Positions 61,722 to 64,000 of a stretch of DNA of 64,000 bases are shown here, in pieces. How positions within the stretch are numbered: the stretch's first letter is position 1; every line of letters begins with the position of its first letter. Position numbers and translations under genes: made by a program. This DNA comes from the human T2T-CHM13v2.0 reference genome, Homo sapiens, in NCBI RefSeq assembly GCF_009914755.1, contig NC_060947.1. One strand, given 5' to 3'. The notes under the pieces were generated by a model that worked only from the letters and a program-made list of their open reading frames with translations, did no database searches and was not told where the DNA came from.

Positions 61722-64000
61722 TTTCATCACCCAGGTATTAAGCCTAGTACCCACTGATTATTTTTTTGTGATCCTCTCCCTCCTCCCACTCTCCACCATC
61801 CAACAGACCCTAGTGTGTATTGTTCCTCTTTATGTGCCCGTGTGTTCTCACCTTTTAGCTCCCACTTATAAATGAGACCATGCGGTATTTGGTTTTTTGT
61901 TCCTGTGTTAGTTGCTAAGGATAATGGCCTCCAGTTCCATCCATATCCCTGCAAAAAATATGATCTTGTTCTTTTCTTATGGCTGTGCAGTATTCCATGG
62001 TGTATATGCACCACATTTCCTTTATTTAGTCTATCATTGATGAGCATTTAGGTTGTTTCCATGTCTTTGCTATTGTGAATAGTGCTGCAGTGAACATGTG
62101 TGTGCATGTGTCTCTATAATAAAACAATTTATATTTCTTTGGTTACATACCCAGTCATATAAATAGTTGGTTGAATGGTATTTCTACCTTTAGGTCTTTG
62201 AGGAATTGCCGTGCTGTCTTCCACAATGGTTGAATTTTACACTACCACCAACAGTGTATAGACATTCTTTTTTCTCCACAACCTCGCCAGTATCTCTTAT
62301 TTTTTGACTTTTTGATAATAGCCATTCTGACTGGCATGAGATAGTGTCTCATTGTGGTTTTGATTTGTATTTCCCTAATGATCAGTGCTGTTGAGCTTTT
62401 TTCATATGCTTGTTGGCTGCATGTATGTCTTCTTTTGAAGTGTCTGTTCATATCCTTTGCCCACTTTATTTTTTATTTTTATTTTTTGTGAATTGGTTAA
62501 GTTCATTATAGATGCTGGATACTAGACCTCTGTTGAATGCATAGATTGCAAAAGTTTCTCTCATTTTGTAGTTTGTCTGTTTACTCTGTTAGGAGTTTCT
62601 TTCACTGTGCAGAAGCTTTTTAGCTTAATTAAATTACATATGTCAATTTTTGCTTTTGTTGCAATTGTTTTTGGCATCTTTATTATAAAACCTATTCTTG
62701 TGTCTATGTCCTGAATTGTATTGCCTAGGTTGTCTTCCAGGGTTTTTATAGTTTGGGGTTTTACACTTAAGTCTTTAATCAATCTTGAGTTAATTTTTGT
62801 ATATAGTGCAAGGAAGGGGTCTAATTTTAATCTTCTGCATATTGCTAGCTAGTTTTCTCAGCACCCTACTGAAAATGAAATCCTTTCCCAATTGCTTGCT
62901 TTCATTAGGTTTGTCAAAGATCAGATAGTGATTGGTGTGCAGCCTTATTTCTGGGTTCTCTATTCTGTTCCATTGGTCTATGTGTTTGTTTTTGTACCAC
63001 TACCAATTTGGTTTTGTTTACTGTAGTTCTGTAGTATAGTTTGAAGTTGGGTAGTGTGATTCTTCCAGATGTGTTCTTTTTAATTATGATTACTTTGGCT
63101 ATTCTGGCTCTTTTTTATTCCATATGAATTTTAAAATTGTCTTTTTCTAGTACTGTGAAGAATGTCAATTATGGTTTAATAGGCATAGCATTGGATCTAT
63201 AAATTGCTTTCGACAGTATGGCCATTTTAATGATATTGATTCTTCGTATTAGTGAGCATGAAACGTTTTCTATTTGTTTATGTCTTCTCTGATTTCTTTG
63301 AGCAGTGGTTTGTAGTTCTTGTAACAATCTTTCACCTCTCCAGTTGATTTTTGTATCAACATTGATTTTGTATCCTGAGACTTTGCTGGTGTTGTTGATC
63401 AGCTTAAGAAGCTTTTGGGCTGACAGTATGGTGTTTTCCAGGTATAGAATTATATCATCTTCACACAGGGATAGTTTGAATTTCTCTCTCCCTATTTGGA
63501 TGTGCTTTAGTTCTTTCCCTTGCCTGATTGCATTGGCTAGAACTTCTAGTACTATGTTGAATAAAAGTGGTGAGAGAAGGCATCCTTGTCTTGCACTGGT
63601 TTTCAATGGGAATGCTTTTAGCATTTGCCCATTCAGTATGATGTTTACTGTAGGTTTGTCATTTATGGGTCTTATTATTTTTAGGTATGTTTCTTCAATA
63701 CCTAGCTTTTCACATAAATGCATGTTGAATTATCTTGAAAATCTTTTCTGCCTCTATTGAAATAATCATCCTTTTATTTGTCCTGAGTTCGTTTTATGTG
63801 ATGCATCACATTTATTGATTTGCATATGTTGAATTTACCTTGCATCCCAGGAATAAAGCCTAATTTATCTTGGTGGATACGTTTTTTGTTGTGCTTTTGG
63901 ATTTGGTTTGCCATTATTTTGTTGAGAATTTTGGCATCGATGTTCATCACAAGTATGAAGCTAAAGTTTCCTGTTTGTTTTTCATTGTTTTGTTTTTGTT
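61722..64000 (-). mobile_element. L1PA (PA8-13 class) 3'UTR and ORF2, lacking terminal tail; runs off window end
   Basis: ttcatcacccaggtattaagcctagtaccc; ORF2 remnants [19 protein letters not shown]. Confidence 0.88.

Overview
Hominoid (human-like) genomic DNA, AT-rich and dominated by transposable elements; the L1 density is typical of gene-poor or X-like regions, but the locus cannot be named from sequence alone. I found no host protein-coding exon, RNA gene or CRISPR array that I can support; almost all ORF-track entries are L1, ERV or Alu remnants or antisense artefacts. Main contents: (1) a full-length L1PA2-type element (4898-11091) with three inactivating ORF1/ORF2 lesions, nested in older L1s; (2) an old minus-strand L1 (~15.7-32.3 kb) hosting a complete THE1B, a complete HERV-L/MLT2A provirus, an LTR14A-like solo LTR, Alus and an L1MA fragment; (3) a minus-strand L1PA7-11-type element with an LTR12 stub; (4) a HERV-W 5' LTR with PBS and splice donor; (5) an L1PA8 carrying a ~260-bp 3' transduction inside a perfect 17-bp TSD; (6) many MIR, L2, MLT and MER fossils. 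I see no evidence of a new biological system. The most notable observations are mechanistic: two L1 3' transductions, repeated insertion at one target site (three TSD copies), a young L1 retaining the ZNF93-target segment, fold-back template-switch hairpins, and a 39-bp inverted repeat in apparently unique DNA. Subfamily names come from recalled consensus diagnostics, and fossil boundaries are approximate.
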